DNA from: an uncultured Methylococcales bacterium
Lineage (GTDB): Bacteria; Pseudomonadota; Gammaproteobacteria; Methylococcales; Methylomonadaceae
Length of the DNA stretch: 64,000 bases
NCBI GenBank assembly: GCA_903902705.1
Contig: CAIUVX010000113.1
Coordinates: 1,736 to 65,735 of the forward strand
Direction: 5' to 3'
Shown: piece after piece, positions 46,182 through 55,322 of the stretch
How the letters are laid out: each line of letters starts with the position of its first letter
Numbering within the stretch: position 1 is the stretch's first letter
Notes under the pieces: model-generated
Databases searched by the model: none
What the model was told of the DNA's origin: nothing
Seen by the model: the letters and a program-made list of their open reading frames with translations, nothing else
Made by a program: the position numbers and the translations under genes

Positions 46182-47729
46182 TTACAAGCTTGTTTCAAAT
46201 ACTCGAAAACGTTTTTCCAATTCCCATTGTTCTTGTGCTTTTTCGCTAGTGTTTAAAAAGGCGGCACACGCAGTTGATGGATTATCGATTCCCGCGTTAT
46301 CGTTAGCACAGACGGCTACACGATGACTAAAATTATCGGGCGATTGCCAAAGACTAGAACCAGAAAGAAAGCTGTGTTCAAGACTGGCTCTGACCAATTG
46401 CTTAAGGTCGGCATACTGTAAATTATAGGTATCTACCGCACGCACAAATTCATGGGTCAAATCAATGCGTGACACGCCTTCATCATCAGTCGATAACGCC
46501 AACGGTACACCAAATTTTCGCTCAATCGGAAACGGATGTTCCTCGCCTTGAATGCCCAAAATAACTGCATTGCTGGTTAAATTGGTTTCTATCAGAATAT
46601 GTTTATCCGCCATTTCTTTTAATAACTCGTAGGGACGTTGTTCCACCATCACATCTACGCCGTGACCTATGCGTTCCGCATGAGCCACTTCTACCGCCAT
46701 TCGCACATGACAACACAACTCATTAGGTGGCACATCACCTGCCTTAATTTCACCCGCGTGTAAACTAATATGCACTTTGGGATAAACACTGTGCAGAAAA
46801 CCTATTATCCGCATTTGTAGTGCGTAGTCGCGCATAGAAATCACACTGTCTTCAGGCATGACTAAATTAACACCGACCACACGCGGATCTGTTGACGCAA
46901 TTTCAAAGCCTAGTAACGCTTGCGCAAACACTTGTTCTTTAGGAAAACCCCGCAATATTTGATACAAATAGCGAATTTTAACGCGACAAGCAGGCGCGGC
47001 ATAAGGCTCACGGCAATGTTCTAACTGTTGTCGCTGTTGCTCATATTGTGTAATATTATTGCTATAAACCGTCACATCCTCACGCAAACCTTGCGCTAGA
47101 ATGGTATTGCGTAATGTCGCAAAATCATTATTCCACGTCAATTGTTTGACTATCGCTTTAGTGCGATCAAACTTGCCTGTCGTCATCAACTCAAGATACT
47201 GCTCGTTTTGGGCAGCGGCACGGCTTGCCACTTCATCCAACCATTCAGAAGAATGTGCAGGATTTAAACCATTAAATTTATCGAAACTGGCAAAAAAATG
47301 ATCGTGACCACTCACGCCAGAACTAGCGATAAAATTTCGCATAGATAACGAATTAACTAAATCATCGTATAGTTTTTGATTTTTTAGCGCGTTGGCGGCG
47401 GGAATATTGTTTTCTTCACACTTTGCATCTTTATTTGGAGCAACCAAAGCAAACGCTGACACATCAACGCACACGCCATCTTCCGCCGCCTGCCGAATAT
47501 AAGTTTCCGCATAAATCGCCCCGCTAAGATGACTATGCAAATCAGCCCCTTTCGGCATTTGCATTAAAAAAGAGTGTAATGTCAACGGATTAGCGCGAAC
47601 AGATTCAAAGACCCGCGCCACCCGTTGTTCAGAACTAGGCGATTGTAGGTTTTTTGCTAAAGCGGATGTTTCACCAAGGAAAAACGTCAGTAACAATAAA
47701 CAATATTGAAGCGTTAGATGTAGTTTCAT
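46182..47729 (-). CDS. Secreted adenosine/AMP deaminase family protein
   Basis: The start at MKLHLTLQYCLLLLTFFLGETSALA gives a signal peptide and removes the overlap with hypE. Metal-site contexts DLHSHLSG, HAGE and LSTDDEGV. Confidence 0.8.
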   Translation of the reverse strand: MKLHLTLQYCLLLLTFFLGETSALAKNLQSPSSEQRVARVFESVRANPLTLHSFLMQMPKGADLHSHLSGAIYAETYIRQAAEDGVCVDVSAFALVAPNKDAKCEENNIPAANALKNQKLYDDLVNSLSMRNFIASSGVSGHDHFFASFDKFNGLNPAHSSEWLDEVASRAAAQNEQYLELMTTGKFDRTKAIVKQLTWNNDFATLRNTILAQGLREDVTVYSNNITQYEQQRQQLEHCREPYAAPACRVKIRYLYQILRGFPKEQVFAQALLGFEIASTDPRVVGVNLVMPEDSVISMRDYALQMRIIGFLHSVYPKVHISLHAGEIKAGDVPPNELCCHVRMAVEVAHAERIGHGVDVMVEQRPYELLKEMADKHILIETNLTSNAVILGIQGEEHPFPIERKFGVPLALSTDDEGVSRIDLTHEFVRAVDTYNLQYADLKQLVRASLEHSFLSGSSLWQSPDNFSHRVAVCANDNAGIDNPSTACAAFLNTSEKAQEQWELEKRFRVFETSL

Positions 47730-47757
47730 GGGTAGTGGGTTAGGTTGTTGGTTGTAT

Positions 47758-48795
47758 TTAACAAATACGCGGCAGTTGTTCACCGCTTAATAAATCCAAG
47801 CCGCGCACTATGCCCATTGCTGTGCTGAGGGTTAATAAGCCGTTAGCATGAGCGGTTTTGACTGTACCGATTTGGCAAGCGTGTTGCCCTGCTTGGTGTT
47901 TTTGTAACACAGACAACGCGCTGGCAACTTGCTCAGGTGGTAGAAATAACGCAAAACAGCCTTCATTGGCGATATATAAGGGATCAAAACCTAGCAACTC
48001 ACAAGCGGTACGGACAGGTTCAATAATCGGTAATGACGTTTCGGTTATTTCAATATGCACCGCCGCACTGTGGGCTAATTCAATCAAACACGATGCTAAG
48101 CCGCCGCGTGTTAAGTCACGCAAACAATGTATATTTATACCTGCTTGTAATAGGTCTTGTACTAACGGCGATAATACTGCGCAATCACTGACTATGTCGC
48201 TTTCAAACTCTAAACCTTCGCGCTCTAACATCACTGCGATACCGTGTCGCGCTAAGTCGCCGCTGAGTATCACCGCATCACCGATTTGAATGCTGGACGG
48301 TTGAATAATCAAATCGGTGTCCAGCAAACCAACGCCAGCGGTGTTGATGTACAGCCCATCACCTTTGCCTCTATCGACCACTTTGGTGTCACCCGTGACT
48401 ATCATCACGCCTGCTTGTTCAGCGGTTTTTTGCATGGATTGTAAAATGGTTTGCAAGGTTTCAATCGGGAAACCTTCTTCAATAATCAGCGAACAGCTTA
48501 AAAATAACGGTTTCGCGCCGCTCATGGCTAAATCATTGACCGTACCGCATACCGCCAGTTTGCCTATATCGCCGCCTTTAAAAAACAGCGGTTTGATGAC
48601 ATAAGAATCGCTGGTAAATGCCACGCGCTGATTGCCAATGCTAAACACCGCGCTGTCATGTTGCTGGTTTAAATAGTCATTGCTAAACGTGGGTTGTACC
48701 ACCCGCGCCAGTAATTGCTGCATCAAGCGACCGCCGCCGCCGTGCGCCATAACGATTTGTTCATATTGCAAAGGTAAGGGACAGGATAATTCCAC
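47758..48795 (-). CDS. hypE: Hydrogenase maturation protein HypE
   Basis: 345 aa. AIR-synthase-like fold motifs and the diagnostic C-terminal PRIC. Confidence 0.95.
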   Translation of the reverse strand: MELSCPLPLQYEQIVMAHGGGGRLMQQLLARVVQPTFSNDYLNQQHDSAVFSIGNQRVAFTSDSYVIKPLFFKGGDIGKLAVCGTVNDLAMSGAKPLFLSCSLIIEEGFPIETLQTILQSMQKTAEQAGVMIVTGDTKVVDRGKGDGLYINTAGVGLLDTDLIIQPSSIQIGDAVILSGDLARHGIAVMLEREGLEFESDIVSDCAVLSPLVQDLLQAGINIHCLRDLTRGGLASCLIELAHSAAVHIEITETSLPIIEPVRTACELLGFDPLYIANEGCFALFLPPEQVASALSVLQKHQAGQHACQIGTVKTAHANGLLTLSTAMGIVRGLDLLSGEQLPRIC

Positions 48796-48842
48796 TGATT
48801 CACTCCAAGTTTATTTTTTCATCGTTCCAACGCGCCAGTTAG

Positions 48843-48947
48843 GTAGGTCGGGTTAGGCGATAGCCGTAACCCGACAAAAGCGTGAATTATATCGTGTATG
48901 TTGATGTTGCCATTGTGTCGGGTTACGCTATCGCTAACCCGACCTAC
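48843..48947. repeat. Two GTAGGTCGGGTTA...TAACCCGAC(CTAC) hairpin elements (48843..48875 and 48915..48947)
   Basis: Stems CGGGTTA/TAACCCG read from the sequence. Related in architecture to the GTTGGGT/ACCCAAC elements at about 25.1 and 25.7 kb. Confidence 0.7.
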
Positions 48948-48960
48948 AAGGCTTTGTGTG

Positions 48961-48990
48961 TATGAAGACGCTGGAGCGTTGGAACGATGA
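48961..48990. repeat. Repeat TATGAAGACGCTGGAGCGTTGGAACGATGA, the left bracket of the 102-aa ORF
   Basis: Its reverse complement reappears at 49349..49407 with a 28-nt internal duplication. Confidence 0.8.
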
Positions 48991-48994
48991 AAAA

Positions 48995-49303
48995 TTATTT
49001 AACGCTACTATGATAAATATCATCGTTGTAATTACACGCTTTTGTTATCACATCTATTGCCAATTCCCCTGTCGTAGTCAACCTAGGATAAGCCTCCATT
49101 TCTTTATACTCTTGAATACCATGTTTTATGCACTCATCAACATTCGCTTTATGTTGTTTCTCAAATTGTGCGATTTGCTGATTGTATTCTGCAATTTTCT
49201 TCTTATTTTCTTGGCGCACATTGATGACCCAAACAACAAATAACGCGACACAAATTAATAATACCAAATATCTTGGCTTCATAAGACTACTTAACTTCTT
49301 CAT
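48995..49303 (-). CDS. Hypothetical membrane-anchored 102-aa protein inserted between hypD and hypE
   Basis: N-terminal anchor YLVLLICVALFVVWVI followed by a charged helical region. No family recognised. Confidence 0.5.
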   Translation of the reverse strand: MKKLSSLMKPRYLVLLICVALFVVWVINVRQENKKKIAEYNQQIAQFEKQHKANVDECIKHGIQEYKEMEAYPRLTTTGELAIDVITKACNYNDDIYHSSVK

Positions 49304-49348
49304 AAACTTTCCTAAAACAGTGGATTGAGCTTAAAGTCTAGCAGATTC

Positions 49349-49428
49349 TCATCGTTCCAACGCTCCAGCGTTGGAATGCTTCAGTTGACGCTCCAGCGTC
49401 TTCATACGCAACGCTGGAGCATGGAAAC
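49349..49428. repeat. Composite repeat TCATCGTTCCAACGCTCCAGCGT[TGGAATGCTTCAGTTGACGCTCCAGCGT]CTTCATA plus CAACGCTGGAGCATGGAAAC, the right bracket of the 102-aa ORF
   Basis: Read directly from the sequence; inverted relative to 48961..48990. Confidence 0.8.
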
Positions 49429-49435
49429 TATAAAT

Positions 49436-50524
49436 TCAACTAACCCGCCGATAACGATAATAAGCCGCACACGCGCCCTCAGTAGAAACCATCGTCGCAC
49501 CTAACGGATGCTCAGGTGTACAGGTGGTGGCAAATTCGGGGCATTGGGCAGGTTTGATTAAACCTTGTAGCACATCACCACTGCGACAGGCGACAGGTTC
49601 TTGGGTGTTGACGGCTTGCACATTAAACTTATGTTCGGCATTCCATGCGGCAAATTCAGGGGCAAGCATCAGACCACTTTGCGGGATTTCACCCAAGCCG
49701 CGCCACAAACGGTCAACGGTGATAAAAACCTGCTGCATGGCGTGTTGTGCGGCAGGGTTGCCTTGTTCACGCACTACACGACTGTAGGCATTTTCGACTT
49801 CAAACCGTCCAGATTCGAGTTGTTGAATACATTGATAAATACCTTGCAGAATATCTACAGGTTCAAAACCTGTAACCACAATCGGCGCACGATAGCGTTC
49901 TGCAATCGGGTGGTATTGTGCATAGCCCATGATGGCGCACACATGACCTGCGGCTAGAAAGCCTTGTACTTGGCAGTTAGGCGATGACAATAACGCCCGC
50001 ATCACAGGTGGCACACAGACATGACAGGTTAAGAGGGAAAAGTTTTTCAAGCCCAGTTGTTTGGCTTGTTGAGCGGCTAAAGCAGTGGTCGGCGCGGTGG
50101 TTTCAAAACCGACGGCAAAAAATACTACTTCACGGTTTGGATTGTCTTGAGCAATTTTCAGCGCGTCCAAGGGTGAATACACGATACGAATATCCGCGCC
50201 TTGGGCTTTGCTACTGAGTAAATCTTGATGCGAACTCGGCACACGCAACATATCACCAAACGAACAGAAAATAATATTCGGCACGTTGGCAATGGCTAAG
50301 GCTTTGTCGATATATTCCAACGGTGTGACGCAAACAGGACAACCAGGTCCATGAATTAAACGGATGTTATCGGGCAGTAATTGATCGATACCGTATTGAA
50401 TAATGCTGTGGGTTTGACCACCGCACACTTCCATAATTGTCCACGGCTGTGTGCTGATTTGTTGAATGGCGGCGACTAATTTCTTAGCCACCACAGGATC
50501 ACGAAAGGCAAGTTTATTGAACAT
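49436..50524 (-). CDS. hypD: Hydrogenase maturation protein HypD
   Basis: 362 aa. [20 protein letters not shown] and FETT motifs. Confidence 0.95.
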   Translation of the reverse strand: MFNKLAFRDPVVAKKLVAAIQQISTQPWTIMEVCGGQTHSIIQYGIDQLLPDNIRLIHGPGCPVCVTPLEYIDKALAIANVPNIIFCSFGDMLRVPSSHQDLLSSKAQGADIRIVYSPLDALKIAQDNPNREVVFFAVGFETTAPTTALAAQQAKQLGLKNFSLLTCHVCVPPVMRALLSSPNCQVQGFLAAGHVCAIMGYAQYHPIAERYRAPIVVTGFEPVDILQGIYQCIQQLESGRFEVENAYSRVVREQGNPAAQHAMQQVFITVDRLWRGLGEIPQSGLMLAPEFAAWNAEHKFNVQAVNTQEPVACRSGDVLQGLIKPAQCPEFATTCTPEHPLGATMVSTEGACAAYYRYRRVS

Positions 50525-50750
50525 TGGCTAACTCAGCAAAGGCGGCAAGCGTGATTCGTGCTTCGTCTTCATCGAGTATCGACAACGCCAAACCCGCATG
50601 AACAATCACATAATCATTAACCTTGGCTTCGGGTAAATAAGCCAAACTAATGTCTTTTATTACACCTGAAAAATCGACACGCGCCATACGTTGCAGATTG
50701 TCTTTATTTTCAGTGATACTGATAATTTTTGCGGGAATGGCTAGGCACAT
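50514..50750 (-). CDS. hypC: Hydrogenase maturation chaperone HypC
   Basis: 78 aa starting MCLAIPAKI, the essential N-terminal Cys2 motif. Confidence 0.93.
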   Translation of the reverse strand: MCLAIPAKIISITENKDNLQRMARVDFSGVIKDISLAYLPEAKVNDYVIVHAGLALSILDEDEARITLAAFAELANVQ

Positions 50751-50755
50751 TAGCG

Positions 50756-51106
50756 TTACTCGCCGCCTTTATCGGATTTGAAATTAGCGGGAGTGTTATT
50801 GTATCTGGTCAGGATGGCAATACGTTGTTTGTAGGATTTTTTCACGCAATCAACGGTTTGACAGGTATTCCGTTGCTTTAACCATGCCAGTTGCTGTTTT
50901 TTGAAAAGGTCGGGATTTTTGTTATCGGTCAACGCCAATTGAAATTGTGAACCTAGTTCGTCATCCAGATCAGACAAATCTGGATTCTGACAAATCGCTT
51001 TTTCGATAAAAGTTTTGGCTTTTTGACAATCAAAACTCACCGCTTGAGCAGCACTTACACACATCACTAACAGTAGTAAACTCACTACACGAACAAAGAT
51101 AAACAT
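50756..51106 (-). CDS. Secreted DUF1311 / LprI-like (lysozyme inhibitor family) protein
   Basis: Signal peptide, then FDC.KA....E..IC....L..LD..L and AWLK.R..C pattern with four cysteines. Confidence 0.6.
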   Translation of the reverse strand: MFIFVRVVSLLLLVMCVSAAQAVSFDCQKAKTFIEKAICQNPDLSDLDDELGSQFQLALTDNKNPDLFKKQQLAWLKQRNTCQTVDCVKKSYKQRIAILTRYNNTPANFKSDKGGE

Positions 51107-51199
51107 AACTTCTCCTTAAAAAATGACTCTTACAGGTTAACTTGTACAAGAAAACACAGTATGCAGTAAATCAAACTAGCTCTCAACTTTAGTCATGTT

Positions 51200-51532
51200 T
51201 CAATTATTTCGAGTGACTAAAGAATTTCTTATTTCAGTTACGTTGGTGTTTAACTGTCCGACCGTTTTTAATAACATTTTCATGACGCTATCGCGCTTGT
51301 TAATGACTCCTTCTAATTCCACAACTTGCTTTTGCAACTCAGTGTATTTCACTTCAGTAGCTGCTAAACGCTGTTCTAAATCGGCATTTTCCAATTCCAG
51401 AAAACTCAAGGCTTCATTCACCTCTTTAAACTGTTTAAGCTCATTTTCTAAACCATCGGTATTGGCTTTTAACAATTCGGTTTGCTCTTGTACTTCTTTA
51501 TCTAATTGTTCAATTTCATCTAAATTAATCAT
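51200..51532 (-). CDS. Hypothetical coiled-coil protein
   Basis: 110 aa, E/L/K/Q-rich with heptad character. GAGGA lies about 11 nt upstream of the ATG. The overlapping plus-strand ORF (51195..51584) is S/C/F-rich and judged spurious. Confidence 0.5.
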   Translation of the reverse strand: MINLDEIEQLDKEVQEQTELLKANTDGLENELKQFKEVNEALSFLELENADLEQRLAATEVKYTELQKQVVELEGVINKRDSVMKMLLKTVGQLNTNVTEIRNSLVTRNN

Positions 51533-51664
51533 GGTCTGGAGTATCCTCTATAAGTTGATGATTGTTAATGACTATGGGCGATAAACACATCTATTGCATT
51601 ACGCATTGAAATTTTAGTTACATTTTTAAAAAAATGTGACCAATGATACAAACTTATACGCTAT

Positions 51665-53932
51665 TCATTGAATAGAGTCGCCACAACAATACGCATAAAT
51701 CTGTCCTAATGCCAAACCGCCGTCATTCGGTGGAATAGTCGCATGACGAAATAACGTGTAGTGCTGTGCTTGTTCTGCTTTAACAATAGCTTCGACTAAA
51801 TAAGCATTTTGAAAACAGCCGCCGCTTAACACTAGGCGGGTAGCGTTCATTTTTTCCGCAATTGTAAATACCCAATTGGCTAGACTATGATGTATGCGGG
51901 CGGCGATTTCTGCACGGCTGGCTTGGTTTAAATCGGTTAACACGGCAGTGAGTAAAGGTTGCCAATCCAGTATTAAACACTCTGCTTCAATTAAGCTTGT
52001 TGGGTACGCATTGTGTACCTTTTCATCGATTGCGCAAGCTTCCAATGCCATTGCCGCTTGTCCTTCAAAATCGCTTATTTGACATAAACCTAGCAAGCTG
52101 GCAAAGGCATCAAACAAGCGTCCAATGCTGGTGGTCATCGGGCAGTTGAGTTGTTTTTTGACCATACCCTGTAGTAATTTAAGTTCAGTTATTGAAAACG
52201 CACTGAGTAAATCAGCATAATTACCGCTGAATAATTCATCGCCTAAACTGGCATAAAGCAAACCCAACGCGGCACGACGCGGTTCTTTAATCGCGGCAAA
52301 ACCACCGATTAATGGAAATGGGCGACAATGAGCGACTCGTTGCCAGCCGTTTGGAGTGATGTGTAAAAATTCACCACCCCAAAGCTGATTATCTATGCCT
52401 AAACCCGTTCCATCCCATGCCACACCTAACACGGGCGGTTCGAGTTGATGTTCTGCCATGCACGCTAAAATATGCGCGTAATGATGCTGCACGGTTTTTA
52501 GCGGTAAGCCTACACTTTGGGCATAGACACTGCTGACATAATCAGGGTGATTATCGCTGATAACTTGCTCAGGTTTGAGTGCGTAAAATTGGCTTAAATC
52601 AGCGATAGTGGCGCGGTGTTGCTGTGCTGTTGCCAGTTGCTCTAAATCGCCTAAATGTTGACTGAGCATAATGTGATGCTGGTGGGCAATGGCTACCGTA
52701 TTTTTCATTTGCCCACCGACTGCCAGCGTGGTAACTATCGGCTGTTTTAATTTAATCGGCGTTGGTACATAACCTCTGGCACGACGCAATACTGTTGGTG
52801 TATCGGCAATCACGCGGATAATCGAATCATCCAGTGGTCTTAATACGGCTCTGTCATGCACCAGAAAAAAATCGGCTAAACCGTTTAAATTATCAAAGGC
52901 TTGCTGATTGTCTATGCAAATTGGTTCACCGTGACGATTGCCGCTGGTGGCTATCACAGGACGCTTAATCTCTGCCATAATGAGATGATGAACAGGCGAA
53001 GACGGTAGCATAATACCTAATAGCACTTGCTTAGGTGCGACATTATCCAATAGGTTTTTTGCTTGCGGTTTGGCTTTGGTTAATACGATAGGTGCTGCGG
53101 AAGAACGCAAGCACTGTTGTTCTATCTGGTTAAGTTCACAAAGTTGCTGGGCTTCAAGCAATGAACCCACCATCACTGCAAATGGTTTACTTGCCCGTTG
53201 TTTTAACCGCCGCAATCTTGCCACGGCTGTTGCGTTAGTTGCATCCAGCAACAATTGAAAACCACCGATGGCTTTAATAGCAACAATATTGCCGTCTTTT
53301 AAGGCGTTAATAGTATCGTTTAATGCGCCCTGCCCTCGCGTGATAAGATTGCCAACCCCATCACAAAATAAAAGTTGAGGTCCACAATCAGGGCAAGCAA
53401 TGGTTTGGGCAAAAAAACGACGGTCATTCGGATTTTGATATTCAGCGGCACAACGCACACACAACGAAAAATCACGCAAACTGGTTTGCTCACGATCATA
53501 AGGCAAGCCGTGCATCACACTGTAACGAGGGCCACAATGACAACAGCTAATAAACGGGTGTTGATAGCGGCGATTATTGGCATCACACATTTCCGCTACA
53601 CACGCGTCACATACCACAATATCAGGACAAGCAAACACAGCGGCTAGCTCATCAGTATTCAAACTGGGTTTGAATTGAAAGTCTTGCTGATAAGTGACTG
53701 GAATGTTCTGTTGCTGACAATCGCTAATATGACCACAAGCGGGGATATTATTTTGTAAATCGATCAAAAAATCGGCTAGGGATTGTTCATCACCTTCAAT
53801 TTCAATTAATACACGGTCGCGGTCATTAGCAACCCAACCCGCGAGCTTATGAGTTGATGCTAAACGATAAACGTAAGGGCGAAAACCGATGCCTTGTAAT
53901 AAACCTGTTAAGGTGATTTGGGTACGTTTCAA
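51665..53932 (-). CDS. hypF: Carbamoyltransferase HypF
   Basis: 755 aa. Acylphosphatase domain (GLLQGIGFRPYVYRLA), four CxxC zinc-finger motifs, and YrdC-like and Kae1-like domains. Confidence 0.95.
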   Translation of the reverse strand: MKRTQITLTGLLQGIGFRPYVYRLASTHKLAGWVANDRDRVLIEIEGDEQSLADFLIDLQNNIPACGHISDCQQQNIPVTYQQDFQFKPSLNTDELAAVFACPDIVVCDACVAEMCDANNRRYQHPFISCCHCGPRYSVMHGLPYDREQTSLRDFSLCVRCAAEYQNPNDRRFFAQTIACPDCGPQLLFCDGVGNLITRGQGALNDTINALKDGNIVAIKAIGGFQLLLDATNATAVARLRRLKQRASKPFAVMVGSLLEAQQLCELNQIEQQCLRSSAAPIVLTKAKPQAKNLLDNVAPKQVLLGIMLPSSPVHHLIMAEIKRPVIATSGNRHGEPICIDNQQAFDNLNGLADFFLVHDRAVLRPLDDSIIRVIADTPTVLRRARGYVPTPIKLKQPIVTTLAVGGQMKNTVAIAHQHHIMLSQHLGDLEQLATAQQHRATIADLSQFYALKPEQVISDNHPDYVSSVYAQSVGLPLKTVQHHYAHILACMAEHQLEPPVLGVAWDGTGLGIDNQLWGGEFLHITPNGWQRVAHCRPFPLIGGFAAIKEPRRAALGLLYASLGDELFSGNYADLLSAFSITELKLLQGMVKKQLNCPMTTSIGRLFDAFASLLGLCQISDFEGQAAMALEACAIDEKVHNAYPTSLIEAECLILDWQPLLTAVLTDLNQASRAEIAARIHHSLANWVFTIAEKMNATRLVLSGGCFQNAYLVEAIVKAEQAQHYTLFRHATIPPNDGGLALGQIYAYCCGDSIQ

Positions 53933-54020
53933 TGCTATCTTTTATTATCCATCATACTTATAAAATCGCTCCAGTATCGTTCAATACCTTATAATCTGCA
54001 AACGCGCTTAACTGTGGGTA

Positions 54021-55199
54021 GTGGCGTGGCTCGTGGAAACGAGACAAAATGGATTTAAAACAACAGAGAACACAATCGTGAGTAGAACAAATTTTCATAA
54101 CGTTAAACGAGTGGTCGTTAAAATCGGTAGCTCTTTATTGACCAAAGGCGGTAAAGGCTTGGATAAAGCCGCGATTGCCGAATGGGTCAGCCAAATGGCA
54201 GTATTAAAACACCAAGACATCGACGTTATTTTAGTGTCTTCGGGTGCGGTTGCCGAAGGTGTAGCCCGTTTAGGACTTAAATCACGTCCAATCACCTTAC
54301 ACGAATTACAAGCCACCGCCGCTGTCGGACAAATGGGCTTGGTACGCGTATTCGATGATAATTTTCAGCAACACAAACTTCATGCCGCCCAAGTGTTATT
54401 AACGCATGACGACTTGGCGAATAGACAACGTTATTTGAATGCGCGTAGCACTTTATTAACCTTGCTGAAATTTGGCGTAGTACCCGTGATTAATGAAAAT
54501 GACACCGTGGCTACCGAAGAAATTCGCTTCGGTGATAATGACACCCTCGCCGCGTTGGTTGCTAATTTAGTCGAAGCAGATTTATTGATTATTTTGACCG
54601 ATCAAAAAGGTTTATACACAGGTGATCCCAGCATTTATCCCGATGCCACGTTAATTTCTGAAATCAGCGTTAATGATGACCGCTTAAACACTATGGCAGG
54701 TGATAGCCGTAGCGGTTTAGGACGCGGCGGAATGTCCACCAAAGTCAGAGCCGCACGTTTAGCTGCAAGGTCTGGCGCGGCAACCATCGTAGTTGCAGGC
54801 GCGGCTGAACACGTCATTACCGAAGTCATTGCAGGTGCGGTTGTAGGCACGCATTTCTTACCCGATATAGAACCTTTTGCGGCAAGAAAACGCTGGTTGG
54901 CAGGACAATTGCAAGTTAAAGGACAAGTCGTATTGGATGCTGGCGCGGTGAACGTCTTACAAAATGAAGGTAAAAGTCTACTTGCTGTCGGCGTTAAAAC
55001 CGTGTCAGGCACATTTGAACGCGGCGAATTAGTGGCTTGTTTAAATGAAAGCGGCATAGAAATAGCGCGAGGACTCATCAATTACAGCCACACCGACACC
55101 CGTTTGATTGCAGGTAAAAGCAGTAGCGAATTTGAAAAAATTCTGGGTTACGCCGATGATTCCGAATTAATACACCGTGATAATATGGTGTTGGTGTAG
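54021..55199 (+). CDS. proB: Glutamate 5-kinase with a C-terminal PUA domain
   Basis: VVKIGSSLLT, NENDTVA and FGDNDTLAA motifs, with a PUA domain at the C-terminus. The start is uncertain: GTG at 54021 or GTG at 54078. Confidence 0.92.
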   Translation: MAWLVETRQNGFKTTENTIVSRTNFHNVKRVVVKIGSSLLTKGGKGLDKAAIAEWVSQMAVLKHQDIDVILVSSGAVAEGVARLGLKSRPITLHELQATAAVGQMGLVRVFDDNFQQHKLHAAQVLLTHDDLANRQRYLNARSTLLTLLKFGVVPVINENDTVATEEIRFGDNDTLAALVANLVEADLLIILTDQKGLYTGDPSIYPDATLISEISVNDDRLNTMAGDSRSGLGRGGMSTKVRAARLAARSGAATIVVAGAAEHVITEVIAGAVVGTHFLPDIEPFAARKRWLAGQLQVKGQVVLDAGAVNVLQNEGKSLLAVGVKTVSGTFERGELVACLNESGIEIARGLINYSHTDTRLIAGKSSSEFEKILGYADDSELIHRDNMVLV

Positions 55200-55234
55200 G
55201 GTGGAGTATTAAATCTGTGATTTTTGCTTTTAAG

Positions 55235-55270
55235 AATGACTGCCAGTCCTTTAAAGGACTGGCAGTCATT
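55235..55270. repeat. Perfect 36-bp palindrome AATGACTGCCAGTCCTTTAAAGGACTGGCAGTCATT downstream of proB
   Basis: Perfect 18-bp arms read from the sequence. This is the reference copy of the family. Confidence 0.9.
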
Positions 55271-55322
55271 AAATGGCTTAACCCGCTACCAGCCAGTCAC
55301 TAAATTTTGATAACAAATATTC

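Noticed and set aside
51195-51584. 129-aa plus-strand ORF overlapping the coiled-coil gene
   Set aside because: Its composition is S/F/C/N-rich with no RBS. The minus-strand ORF has heptad-like composition and GAGGA upstream, so the minus strand was chosen, though neither call is strong.
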